Source: Nitrosomonas europaea (lineage in GTDB: Bacteria; Pseudomonadota; Gammaproteobacteria; Burkholderiales; Nitrosomonadaceae). From it: DNA of 32,000 bases. Both the position numbers and the translations under genes were made by a program. Positions within the stretch are counted from its first letter, which is position 1. Each line of letters starts with the position of its first letter. The stretch is from NCBI RefSeq assembly GCF_900167395.1, contig NZ_FUWK01000024.1, positions 13,869 through 45,868 of the forward strand, in the 5' to 3' direction. Shown in pieces: positions 1 to 9,078 of the stretch. The notes beneath the pieces are model-generated. The model was given only the letters and a program-made list of their open reading frames with translations. It was not told the DNA's origin and did no database searches.

Positions 1-1
1 C

Positions 2-448
2 ACTGTGATGGATTCAGAAGTCCGGAAAGTGGCTGTCAACGTCAATCCGAATACCGGTGCCCTGACTTCGGGCAACCCGGCATACGAGGGTGAACGCTCA
101 CGCAACACTCCCCCTTATACATTCAACCTGTGGACGACCTATAAACTGCCCTATGGCTGGAGAGTAGGTGGAGGTGTCGAAGTAAAAGGCAAGCGTTACG
201 CCTACAACCCAAGCGGTGCCGGCCCTATCCCCACCCTGCCGGGTGAAACCGAATTCCATCCCAACACTGCGCCTTCCTATATGCGCTGGGATGCGATGGT
301 TGCCTATGAACAACCAAAATGGGCGGTACGGTTGAATGTTCAGAACGTATTCAACAAGCTGTATTATGATGCTGTCTACGACAATGGCGGGTTTGTCATC
401 CCAGGCCAGCGTCGCAGAGCGATCATGACTGCTGAATATCGTTTTTAA
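2..448 (+). CDS. TonB-dependent outer-membrane receptor, C-terminal fragment (gene starts upstream of the window). Fiu/PiuA-like by context.
   Basis: The reading frame is open from the window edge. The sequence has a beta-barrel C-terminal character (alternating aromatic/Gly, NVFNKLYYD) and ends in the typical terminal aromatic motif AEYRF. It is followed 16 nt later by a PiuC/YbiX-type hydroxylase, matching the known fiu-ybiX / piuA-piuC synteny. Confidence 0.8.
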   Translation, partial: TVMDSEVRKVAVNVNPNTGALTSGNPAYEGERSRNTPPYTFNLWTTYKLPYGWRVGGGVEVKGKRYAYNPSGAGPIPTLPGETEFHPNTAPSYMRWDAMVAYEQPKWAVRLNVQNVFNKLYYDAVYDNGGFVIPGQRRRAIMTAEYRF

Positions 449-464
449 CCGGAAATCCAACTGA

Positions 465-1148
465 GTGCTTCTGACTATCGATGATGTTTTGACACAAGAG
501 GAACTGGCCATCGCAAGAAGTATGCTGGCCAGATCTGCCTGGGTAAGCGGGCTGGTAACGGCCGGTACCCAGGCTGCCCAGGTGAAAAACAATCAGCAAG
601 TGCAGGAAAACGATCCGCAAATAGTCAACCTGCGCCGCCTGGTATTGGGAGCACTCAACCGCAACGCCCTGTTTTTCACGGCGACTCTGCCTGAAAAAAT
701 CGTACCGCCGTTCTTCAATCGCTACAGCGGGGAAACCAATCATTATGGTTTTCATGTGGATAATGCCATGCGCCTGCTGCCGGATGGCAGTGGATATGTC
801 CGCACCGATGTATCCGCCACATTGTTTCTGTCTGATCCGCAGGAATACGATGGCGGAGAACTGGTCATCAACGATACTTTCGGTCAGCATGGTGTGAAAC
901 TGCAGGCAGGCAGTATGGTGATCTATCCTTCTTCCTCGATCCATCAAGTCACACCGGTCACCCGCGGAGAACGGCTGGCCTGCTTCATGTTCATCCAGAG
1001 CATGGTGCGTAACCCCGATCAACGACGCCTTCTGTATGAGATGGATATGGCATTGTTGCAGCTGCGCCAGAATATTGGTGAAACACCCGCCGTCGTCAGC
1101 CTGACCGGCACTTACCATAACCTGCTGCGACAGTGGGCTGACAGTTAG
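465..1148 (+). CDS. piuC: PKHD-type Fe(II)/2-oxoglutarate-dependent hydroxylase (PiuC/YbiX family)
   Basis: 227 aa with a GTG start. The N-terminus MLLTIDDVLTQEELA and overall length are typical of YbiX/PiuC. A HxD...H-type motif is present (GFHVDNA ... SSSIHQVTPVTRGERL). It lies directly downstream of a TonB-dependent receptor. Confidence 0.85.
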   Translation: MLLTIDDVLTQEELAIARSMLARSAWVSGLVTAGTQAAQVKNNQQVQENDPQIVNLRRLVLGALNRNALFFTATLPEKIVPPFFNRYSGETNHYGFHVDNAMRLLPDGSGYVRTDVSATLFLSDPQEYDGGELVINDTFGQHGVKLQAGSMVIYPSSSIHQVTPVTRGERLACFMFIQSMVRNPDQRRLLYEMDMALLQLRQNIGETPAVVSLTGTYHNLLRQWADS

Positions 1149-2233
1149 TGGGCGAGTTACTGCCTAAGCTTGCAACCATTCCGGAAGGAATACAAAGCGC
1201 AGCCGATTACCTGCCTTTAGCCAGAGAACGCCTGCTGCCGGCAGTCTGGCACTACCTGGAAGAAGGCAGCGGCAATCAGGTAACACTGCACACCAATAAC
1301 TGCGTATTCGATTCGATCCGGCTTATACCCCGGCCCATGGCCGATGTGCGAGACGGTCATACCCGTATCACCCTGTTTGGCCAGACACTGGCACATCCTG
1401 TCATCCTGGCACCACTCGCCTACCAGCGCCTGTATCACCCGCATGGAGAATCGGCCAGCGCCATGGCGGCCAACGCACAGGGGGGACAACTGTGTGTAAG
1501 CAGCCTGGCAAGCCAGACACTGGAAGAAATCATCACTGCAGCCGGGCAGCCTTTATGGTTTCAGTTGTATTGGCAGGAAGATCGTCCGAGAACACTGAAA
1601 CTATTGCGCCGGGCCGTTACCGCGGGCTATCAGGCGATCGTATTCACGGTGGATGCACCGATCAAACAGGCAACCATTCAACTGCCCGCCAGCATCAGCG
1701 CGGTCAATCTGGATACACCAGCGCCGTTTCCGGCACTTCTGCCGCATCAAAGCCAGGTATTCAATGGCTGGATGGCGCAAGCGCCCCGCTGGGAGGATCT
1801 TGCCTGGCTGAGAGCGCAAACCTCGTTGCCACTGCTGGTAAAGGGCATCCTGCATCCGGAGGATGCCAGGAAGGTGATAAATCTGGGATACGATGGACTA
1901 GTAGTCTCCAACCATGGCGGGCGCGTGCTGGATGGCGCTCCTGCGAGCCTGGCGTGTCTTCCGGAAATCGTCAGCACTGTATCCGGCCGGGGAAAGGTAT
2001 TGTTCGACAGCGGTATCCGCAATGGGCGCGATATTTATAAAGCGCTGGCGCTCGGAGCCGATGCCGTACTGATTGGCCGTCCCTACATCTGGGGGCTGGC
2101 AACGGTCGGTGCTCTGGGTGTGGCCCATGTCATCCGCCTGCTGAGGGATGAACTGGAAATGACCATGGCACTTACCGGCACAGCCAGTATTAGAGAAATT
2201 ACCCGGGAGAAAATAATTTCTGATCGGGACTGA
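1148..2233 (+). CDS. FMN-dependent alpha-hydroxy acid dehydrogenase/oxidase (L-lactate dehydrogenase / glycolate oxidase / mandelate dehydrogenase family)
   Basis: 361 aa carrying family hallmarks: VSNHGGRVLDG (catalytic His), DSGIRNGRDIYKALALGADAVLIGRP, and an N-terminal region alignable to the glycolate oxidase N-terminus. The GTG start overlaps the piuC stop (TAGTG at 1146-1150). Substrate cannot be assigned from sequence. Confidence 0.85.
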   Translation: MGELLPKLATIPEGIQSAADYLPLARERLLPAVWHYLEEGSGNQVTLHTNNCVFDSIRLIPRPMADVRDGHTRITLFGQTLAHPVILAPLAYQRLYHPHGESASAMAANAQGGQLCVSSLASQTLEEIITAAGQPLWFQLYWQEDRPRTLKLLRRAVTAGYQAIVFTVDAPIKQATIQLPASISAVNLDTPAPFPALLPHQSQVFNGWMAQAPRWEDLAWLRAQTSLPLLVKGILHPEDARKVINLGYDGLVVSNHGGRVLDGAPASLACLPEIVSTVSGRGKVLFDSGIRNGRDIYKALALGADAVLIGRPYIWGLATVGALGVAHVIRLLRDELEMTMALTGTASIREITREKIISDRD

Positions 2234-2358
2234 AAATGATCGAGTTTGAACAGGCACCTGACACGGCTCCTTCGCTCCCCCGATAACTTCCGGCTAAATC
2301 GATCTTTATAAATCGATCGCTGCCCTATCAAGCTGTCCAGTGGTCCATTCCAGTAATC

Positions 2359-2937
2359 TCAATGCTGGCTGTGATGAATCACATGTGGAATGGCTGCTCT
2401 CAGGTAGTAGATCATCGACCACAATGTCAGAATGGCTGCAATGTAAATCAGCCAGGTGCCAGCCGTCTGTGAATCGAACGCATCATTGATTCTGTCGTGG
2501 TAGAGCAGCAGGGGAATTGCCACCATTTGTGCAGCCGTTTTGATCTTCCCCAGAAAAGACACTGCCACACTCTTGGATTTGCCAATTTGCGCCATCCATT
2601 CACGCAGTGCGGAAATTGTAATTTCACGACCAATGATGATCAAAGCAACCGGGGCATCCAACCGGTCCAGATACACCAGTACGATCAGGGCGGCGGCTAC
2701 CATCAGTTTGTCTGCTACCGGATCAAGAAAGGCACCAAATGCGGAAGTCTGGTTGAGCACCCGCGCCAGGTAGCCATCCAGCCAGTCGGTCAACGCGGCG
2801 CCGGCAAATACGATGGTGGCAACCAGATTCTGCGTGGCCGGAGACATCCAGTCCGTCGGCAGATAAAAAATACCGACAAACAGGGGAATTGCCATGATAC
2901 GCAGCCACGTCAGAAAATTGGGAAGATTCATCAGCAT
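2359..2937 (-). CDS. pgsA: CDP-diacylglycerol--glycerol-3-phosphate 3-phosphatidyltransferase
   Basis: Contains the CDP-alcohol phosphatidyltransferase motif DWLDGYLARVLNQTSAFGAFLDPVADK and an N-terminus NLPNFLTWLRIMAIPLF like E. coli PgsA. The start is uncertain: the ORF opens at GTG 2949, with ATGs at 2937 and 2931. GGAG lies at 2952-2949. Confidence 0.9.
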   Translation of the reverse strand: MLMNLPNFLTWLRIMAIPLFVGIFYLPTDWMSPATQNLVATIVFAGAALTDWLDGYLARVLNQTSAFGAFLDPVADKLMVAAALIVLVYLDRLDAPVALIIIGREITISALREWMAQIGKSKSVAVSFLGKIKTAAQMVAIPLLLYHDRINDAFDSQTAGTWLIYIAAILTLWSMIYYLRAAIPHVIHHSQH

Positions 2938-3045
2938 AACCAAACGCACTCCAGTCTGTTTTCATCCTGTCAGGTTGATAATCCGCGATACCAGATTCAC
3001 CACGGGTTTTCTCCGCTTTATTCTGCATGTTCCACACACTCGCTC

Positions 3046-4579
3046 CTACTGGCGGGAATCTGATACGGCAGGTTCAGCAGCAGCATTTCCGGAAGCATGT
3101 AACAACGACTGAACCGCCGTTTTCCAGCCGGCATACAGTCGTTTTCTTTCAGCTTCTGTCATCACAGGAGTGTAGATTATATCCCGTTGCCAATAATGTT
3201 CAGTTGCTTCCAGCCTGGCGAACAGCCCCACTGCCAATCCGGCCAGAATTGCCGCACCCAGTGCCGTTGCTTCCGTTACTTTCGGTACTTCCACCGGTCT
3301 GTTCAACATATCAGCGAGAAACTGGCACATGAATCCGTTTGCCACCAGCCCTCCATCCACACGAACGACGTCGGCCTGATGGCCGCCATCTTCCTCTATT
3401 GCTGCCATCAGATCCAGGGTCTGGTAGCCCTGTGCTTCCAGTGCGGCACGGATAATATGCGCCCGGGTCGTATCACGTGACAACCCACTGATCATACCGC
3501 GCACATCCGGTCGCCAGTAGGGTGCGCCCAAGCCGGTAAAAGCAGGTACGAAATACACTTCATTACTGTCCGGCACACTGCGCGCCAGTGCCTCACTAGC
3601 TGCTGCATCCTGAAAGAATTCCAGCCCGTCCCGCAGCCACTGAATCGCTGCACCCGCAACGAAAATCGATCCTTCAACAGCATAAACCATCTTGCCATTC
3701 AGACGATACGCCGGCGTGGTCAGTAAACGATGTCGTGAAAGCCTGAAATCCGGACCGATATTCATGAGCGCAAAAACCGGTACCATAGGTGGATTTGACC
3801 ATGCCCGGCCGGAAGCACCTTTGTCCGATCAGCGCCGCATGCTGATCTCCTGCCATGCCGCCAACAGGAATTTCCCGATCGAACAAAGCCGGGTCGGTCA
3901 CCCCGAATCCGGCAGCATTATCGCGGACTTCCGGCAGAATCGCTGCCGGAATATCGAACAATGCCAACAGGTCTGCATCCCACTGCTGTTCGACGATATT
4001 GAACAACAATGTCCGTGCAGCATTCGTTACATCAGTGGCATGTACTCGACCGCCTGTCAGATGCCAGAGCAGATAGCAATCGATCGTACCAAACGCTAGT
4101 TCACCCCTTACTGCCCGGGCACGCACGCCTTCAACGTTATCCAATATCCAGGCAATCTTGGTTGCAGAAAAATAGGGATCGAACAGCAGGCCGGTTCGGG
4201 CTGTTACCATCGGCTCAAATCCTTGTGCTCTCAATCGCTCACAAACAGTACCAGTGCGGCGATCCTGCCAGACAATGGCAGGATAAACAGGTTTGCCTGT
4301 CTTACGATCCCATAAAATGGTCGTTTCGCGCTGATTGGTGATGCCAATGGCAGCAACCGCTTCCGCCCTGCCGGCAGTGCGTTCCAGGATCGCACGGCAG
4401 ACTTCGAGCGTATCCTGCCAGATGGTTTCTGGATTCTGCTCGACCCAGCCCTTGCGCGGATAATGCAACTTCAGCTCTTTCTGTTGCACTGCAAGGATTT
4501 TCAGTTCCGCCGAAAACAGAATGGTACGAGTGCTGGTCGTCCCCTGATCGATGGCCAGAATCGTCGGCTGATCATTCAT
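3046..4579 (-). pseudogene. glpK: Glycerol kinase, disrupted by a frameshift (or a sequencing error) in a T5 run
   Basis: Two consecutive minus-strand ORFs together reconstitute a full-length GlpK of about 500 aa. The N-terminal part is ORF 3674..4579 ([18 protein letters not shown]...KSTYGTG). The C-terminal part is ORF 3046..3786 ([10 protein letters not shown]...[21 protein letters not shown]...). The frames switch inside the conserved TYGTGCF(A/L)LMN motif at ggtaccggtttttgcgctcatgaat (about 3770-3778), where the expected Cys codon is missing. Confidence 0.8.
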
Positions 4580-4675
4580 GGTCAGTTTCGTACGAAAGAA
4601 ACAGGAAATATCATTTGCAAGTCACCCGGTCGGCCTGTCTTCAGTCAGCATGGAATCTCCCGGAAAAGAGCCCGT

Positions 4676-5089
4676 TTACCGGTAATATTCACCGGAACGC
4701 TCCGGCTGATAAGTCACTTCCACGATGCGCACACGCAATACGCCACCACCCGGTTTGGGCCACTCGATTTCATCTCCCTGTGCAAGTCCCAGCAGTGCAC
4801 TTCCTACCGGCGCAAGGATCGAAATCTTTTCCCCGCTGGTATCGACATCCTTCGGGTAAACCAGCGTCAGGCAGAATTCTTCGGCAGAGGATTCGACTCT
4901 GAATCTGACAGTCGAATTCATCGTCACAACGGTGGGTGGAATCTCCTCCGGATCTACCACTTCTGCCCGGGCAAGCTCGGCTTCCAGATCATCCCTGCCC
5001 GGAAACGCATTTTGCGAGAGAGTTTCCAGCAATATTTCCAGGCGCTCTGCATCGAGCGAAGAAATCATGATTTTGGGTTTGATACTCAT
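4676..5089 (-). CDS. rnk: Regulator of nucleoside diphosphate kinase (GreA/GreB C-terminal domain family)
   Basis: Aligns along its full length with E. coli Rnk (LDAERLEILLE, VVTMNSTVRF, LVYP, APVGSALLGL, EVTYQPE). I chose ATG at 5089 because GAGGA lies 6 nt upstream. The ORF-track start at 5116 adds 9 unsupported residues. Confidence 0.9.
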   Translation of the reverse strand: MSIKPKIMISSLDAERLEILLETLSQNAFPGRDDLEAELARAEVVDPEEIPPTVVTMNSTVRFRVESSAEEFCLTLVYPKDVDTSGEKISILAPVGSALLGLAQGDEIEWPKPGGGVLRVRIVEVTYQPERSGEYYR

Positions 5090-5367
5090 TTTAATTCCTC
5101 GTATTGGATCGTCCACATGAATTGTTGCAGAAAAAAGCCACGGCTTTCAGGTGAAAACACTCCTCCTGAAATGGCTCTGCAAATGGAAATAACTGATTGA
5201 CGGACGCAACCGGTCTGTGTTGCATCCCGTTATAGAGAACTAAGTCACACTTGAAAAGATGAAAAGCCGGGAAATCTCTTGCACTTACCAACCACAGCTA
5301 AACTCGCCCGGTCCCTGTCAGCGCAGTATAGCCTACCGCCCTGCCATTGACCAGTACAGGCCAGCCT

Positions 5368-6090
5368 TCAGAGTTCACTCTCACCGCGCGTGGAAAAACG
5401 ATACCCTGCCCCTCTGACTGTCTGCACGAGATCAGCTTTTCCTGCTACATCCAGCGCCTTGCGCAACCGGCGTATATGCACATCAACCGTACGATCTTCG
5501 ACAAAAACATGATCTCCCCACACCCGATCCAGTAGCTGGGCGCGGGTATGCACACGTTCAGCATGCGCCATCAGAAAATACAACAGACGGTATTCGGTAG
5601 GACTGAGCAGCAACTCTTTCTCGTGCGTGCCATCGTTCAGATCGGTAACGGTCACCCGGTGTGTCATCGGGTTGATCTGTACCCCCCCGATATCGAGAAT
5701 TTCATCGGAAGCTTCAGGCAGGCTCCGGCGTAATACTGCTTTTATCCGGGCAATCAACTCACGCGGGGAGAACGGTTTGGTAACGTAATCATCCGCCCCG
5801 GTTTCCAATCCGATTACCTTATCTCTCTCATCCACTCGAGCAGTCAGCATGATGACGGGAATCGGTTTGGTACGCGGATCGCGTCGCAGCGATCGCGCCA
5901 GCTCAATACCGCTTTTCCCAGGAAGCATCCAGTCCAGCAATACCAGATCGGGCAACACCTCATTCACCATGGCTGCCGCCTGCTCGGCACTGTTTGTACA
6001 TACAGCGGTATAGCCTGCATTGCGCAGGTTATAGGCGATCAGCTCCTGAATCGCCGATTCATCTTCCACTACCAGAACTGTTGCAGACAT
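5368..6090 (-). CDS. phoB: Phosphate regulon response regulator PhoB (OmpR family)
   Basis: 240 aa with a receiver domain (VLVVEDE...LLDWMLPGKSG...MLTAR...GADDYVTKPFSPRELIARIKAVLRR) very close to E. coli PhoB, plus a winged-helix C-terminus. GAGGTG RBS is present. A PHO box lies upstream. No histidine kinase gene is adjacent. Confidence 0.9.
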   Translation of the reverse strand: MSATVLVVEDESAIQELIAYNLRNAGYTAVCTNSAEQAAAMVNEVLPDLVLLDWMLPGKSGIELARSLRRDPRTKPIPVIMLTARVDERDKVIGLETGADDYVTKPFSPRELIARIKAVLRRSLPEASDEILDIGGVQINPMTHRVTVTDLNDGTHEKELLLSPTEYRLLYFLMAHAERVHTRAQLLDRVWGDHVFVEDRTVDVHIRRLRKALDVAGKADLVQTVRGAGYRFSTRGESEL

Positions 6091-6146
6091 TTCTCACCTC
6101 ACTGGAAAAAGGGATATAACCCACATCCGGAACATACAGAGCAATA

Positions 6147-6164
6147 ATGACAGAATGATGACAG
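6147..6164 (-). promoter_or_regulatory. PHO box (PhoB binding site) upstream of phoB
   Basis: The minus strand reads CTGTCATCATTCTGTCAT, which is two CTGTCAT direct repeats with a 4-nt spacer. It matches 16 of 18 positions of the E. coli consensus CTGTCATAWAWCTGTCAY. It sits 10 nt upstream of a TATGTT -10-like hexamer (6136..6131) and 57-74 nt upstream of the phoB ATG. Confidence 0.6.
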
Positions 6165-6605
6165 CTCAGCCCTTTGGTGGACACAGCCCTAGCGATAATA
6201 ATCGCTATACTCACGCCACCGCACTACGATAAGCAAGCACCCAGCCACTGTACTCTCAATCTCACAATTTCCTTACAGAAGGCATGTCGCCACTGATGAT
6301 TCAGATCGTGCCTAAAAACCAGCCATGAAGTTGAGGCGCAATCAGTTTTGCCAGCCGACTTGAGTCAGGTCCAGCAACGATATCCTTCTGTTGATAATGA
6401 TAGCAAGCCGTGTTCAGCATGATGTTCGGGTGCAGAACATAGTCGATGGCCAGTGCGTGTTGCAGGCAGTTGCGTAGTGTCCATGGCTGAACGCCCACAG
6501 ACAGGCGACTTACATGAACTGGAGAGCGAGAACACCATAAAAGGCCGCTTGATGGTGACCTTCGGCTTTCAATCGGGATATATTTCGATACTTTGATCGT
6601 AGTTA

Positions 6606-6644
6606 GGAATTCGTCGGGCAGGATACTGATCCTGCCAGAATTCC
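6606..6644 (-). terminator. Strong hairpin immediately downstream of tRNA-Ser (candidate terminator or processing structure)
   Basis: Plus strand reads GGAATT-cgtcg-GGCAGGAT-actg-ATCCTGCC-ag-AATTCC. This gives an 8-bp GC-rich stem with a 4-nt loop plus a 6-bp outer stem, starting 14 nt after the tRNA 3' end. There is no clear U-tract, so the function is uncertain. Confidence 0.3.
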
Positions 6645-6652
6645 ACTATTTG

Positions 6653-6750
<98 letters not shown>

Positions 6751-6796
6751 GTGGGTGATATTCTTATATCAGCTTACGCTGCAAAAGTCGGTAATA

Positions 6797-8044
6797 CTAA
6801 CACGTTTTTGTGCTGGTGTTATTCACCTGATCCAGATCAAAAGCTTTGTGCAGAACCCGGACCGCTAATTCCATATACTTCTCATCAACTACGACAGAAA
6901 TTTTGATTTCTGAAGTTGCAATCATACGAATATTGATTCCCTCTTCTGCCAGAACACGAAACATTTTGCTGGCGATACCGGCATAGGAACGCATTCCCAC
7001 CCCGATCACCGAGACCTTGGCGATTTTATCCCCGCCAATGACTTCACGCGCACCGATATGAGGCAATACCTGTTGTTTCAGTACATCCATCGTTCTGGCA
7101 TATTCGTTCCGGTGAACCGTAAATGAAAAGTCAGTGGTATCATCATGCCCAACGTTCTGGATGATCATATCGACGTCTATATTGGCATCTGCCACCGGGC
7201 CCAGTATCTGATAGGCAATACCAGGGTGATCCGGCACACCTACCACCGTGATTTTCGATTCGTCACGATTAAATGCAATCCCCGAGATTATGGGCTGTTC
7301 CATCTTGTTATCTTCCTCAAACGTGATCAGCGTACCTTCGCCTTCCTCAAAGCTGGAAAGAACCCTGAGCTTGACCTTGTATTTACCGGCAAACTCCACC
7401 GAACGTATTTGCAGCACCTTGGAGCCCAGGCTGGCCATTTCAAGCATTTCTTCGAATGTAATGGTATCCAGTTTCCGGGCTTCCGGCACCACACGCGGAT
7501 CAGTGGTATAAATACCGTTGACGTCCGTGTAGATTTGGCATTCGTCCGCCTTGAGCGCTGCAGCCAGTGCAACCGCCGTAGTATCTGAGCCACCCCGCCC
7601 CAACGTCGTAATATCACCCGTTTCATCAACGCCCTGGAATCCGGCCACAATAATCACGTAACCCGCTGCCAGATCGGCACGAATGGGGTCTTCATCGATC
7701 TTCAGGATACGCGCCTTGGTATGGGCACTGTCAGTCGTGATACTGACTTGAGGACCGGTATAGCTTTTTGCCTTGATCCCCAGCTCACGCAAAGCCATCG
7801 CCAGTAATCCGATCGTTACCTGTTCGCCGGTGGACAGAATGACATCCAGTTCACGGGGATCAGGATTGGGTTGAATCTCTTTTGCCAGCGAAATCAGACG
7901 ATTGGTTTCTCCGCTCATGGCTGATACGACGACTACCAGCTCATGCCCCTGCGCCCGAAACTCAGCCACACGATGCGCAACCTGTTTAATGCGCTCGGTG
8001 CTGCCTACCGAAGTGCCACCATATTTTTGAACGAGGAACGCCAC
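6797..8044 (-). CDS. lysC: Aspartate kinase (two C-terminal ACT domains)
   Basis: 415 aa with a GTG start. The N-terminus is (M)AFLVQKYGGTSVG, with the GGSDTTAVALAAAL motif and a C-terminal ACT region. An in-frame internal ATG at 7303 with an upstream GAGGA could give a beta subunit (see findings). Confidence 0.95.
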   Translation of the reverse strand: MAFLVQKYGGTSVGSTERIKQVAHRVAEFRAQGHELVVVVSAMSGETNRLISLAKEIQPNPDPRELDVILSTGEQVTIGLLAMALRELGIKAKSYTGPQVSITTDSAHTKARILKIDEDPIRADLAAGYVIIVAGFQGVDETGDITTLGRGGSDTTAVALAAALKADECQIYTDVNGIYTTDPRVVPEARKLDTITFEEMLEMASLGSKVLQIRSVEFAGKYKVKLRVLSSFEEGEGTLITFEEDNKMEQPIISGIAFNRDESKITVVGVPDHPGIAYQILGPVADANIDVDMIIQNVGHDDTTDFSFTVHRNEYARTMDVLKQQVLPHIGAREVIGGDKIAKVSVIGVGMRSYAGIASKMFRVLAEEGINIRMIATSEIKISVVVDEKYMELAVRVLHKAFDLDQVNNTSTKTC

Positions 8045-8239
8045 GAAATTTTTTCTCAGGAATAAATGATCAAACAGCCTGAACGGCGGTGAATTCTACA
8101 CATTTCTCTGAAAGAATTCTATTTCCAGACCAGACGAAAGCCAAAAATATGAGTCTGCCGCTACCTGTAGAACCAGATCGTAAAGATCAGGGGACTGATT
8201 TCAGCAGACTCATGACATTTCCATAAAACCTGAGAACAA

Positions 8240-8827
8240 TCAGAAATCGATCCCCAGTTCGCGCAGTGTTTCTTTGGTTATTTTGCCTTCAGCCAAACCA
8301 TGTTGTTTCTGGAAATCGATCAATGCACCTCTGCTGCGTGGCCCCAGTTTACCGTCCGCCACTCCCGGATTCAAACCGGCATCTGTCAAAGCCTGCTGAA
8401 CTTTGCGGATCAGATCCGGTGTGGCTTTGACGACTTCCTGACCATCATCAGCAGATCCTGCTGCTGAATCTGTTGCAGGGGCTGCTGCTACAGACCCGGT
8501 TTCTTCAGCGCCACTCGCAGTCGTTTCTTCCGGTTCAGGTTCTACTTCACCATTTAAAGCACCACCAGTACGCTGGATAATTTCATCTGCTTTTGCCAGA
8601 ATCGATTCCAGTGATTCTTCTTCCATGACCTCGCCAGACTCGGTCTCACCCGATTCAACGGGTACTGATCCAGTCACGATCTCATCACTCTGGACAGCTT
8701 CTTCGGTTACCCCGATCTGATTCTGCGCGGTGGTTTCTTCCGGCTCATCACCACAACCCGCTACAAACGCAACCAAAGATAGCATCAGAACACATTTTGC
8801 AAAACGATCAAGATTTATCACTTTCAT
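8240..8827 (-). CDS. Acidic lipoprotein with C-terminal peptidoglycan-binding (PG_binding_1-like) domain
   Basis: Signal peptide plus lipobox (LVAFVAGC). The central region is a Glu-rich low-complexity stretch. The C-terminus VQQALTDAGLNPGVADGKLGPRSRGALIDFQKQHGL resembles the PG-binding repeat. AGGAGG lies 8 nt upstream of the ATG. Confidence 0.65.
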   Translation of the reverse strand: MKVINLDRFAKCVLMLSLVAFVAGCGDEPEETTAQNQIGVTEEAVQSDEIVTGSVPVESGETESGEVMEEESLESILAKADEIIQRTGGALNGEVEPEPEETTASGAEETGSVAAAPATDSAAGSADDGQEVVKATPDLIRKVQQALTDAGLNPGVADGKLGPRSRGALIDFQKQHGLAEGKITKETLRELGIDF

Positions 8828-9078
8828 TCCCGAACCTCCTCATGAAAAAATCAATGAATCTCCCGGATATCTAAAACCAGGCCTGAAAATTCCCGCTTCC
8901 TGAACCAACCGAGCCATGCCCGGCCAATCAGGCAGATATAACCCCGCAATATACACCCTTCATACGATCATTCCATCCTATGATGACATAAGAATCGTTT
9001 TTAATGATCTATCGGGTGAAAAGCAAAATCGCACAAATCGACAACGATACCCGGCAACTGTTTTTCAGGAGAATTACT

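Noticed and set aside
2305-2330. A direct repeat, aaatcgatc-tttat-aaatcgatc, between the convergent hydroxyacid oxidase and pgsA genes.
   Set aside because: It is short at 9 nt, built from ATCGAT palindromes, and not associated with any gene start. It has no U-tract or stable stem and is probably fortuitous.
8045-8239. A lysine riboswitch or regulatory leader upstream of lysC. The region includes a 10-nt perfect inverted repeat, atgagtctgc (8149-8158) / gcagactcat (8204-8213).
   Set aside because: I could recognise no L-box core motifs. The inverted repeat has a 45-nt loop and no U-tract. It may simply be the terminator region of the upstream lipoprotein gene or a chance repeat.
9004-9078. 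N-terminal extensions offered by the ORF track for ackA (9004), tal (14130), gph (26199), pirin (23247), rnk (5116) and the 4-TM protein (29620).
   Set aside because: In each case an internal ATG preceded by a good Shine-Dalgarno reproduces the canonical family N-terminus. The extensions overlap upstream genes or intergenic sequence.
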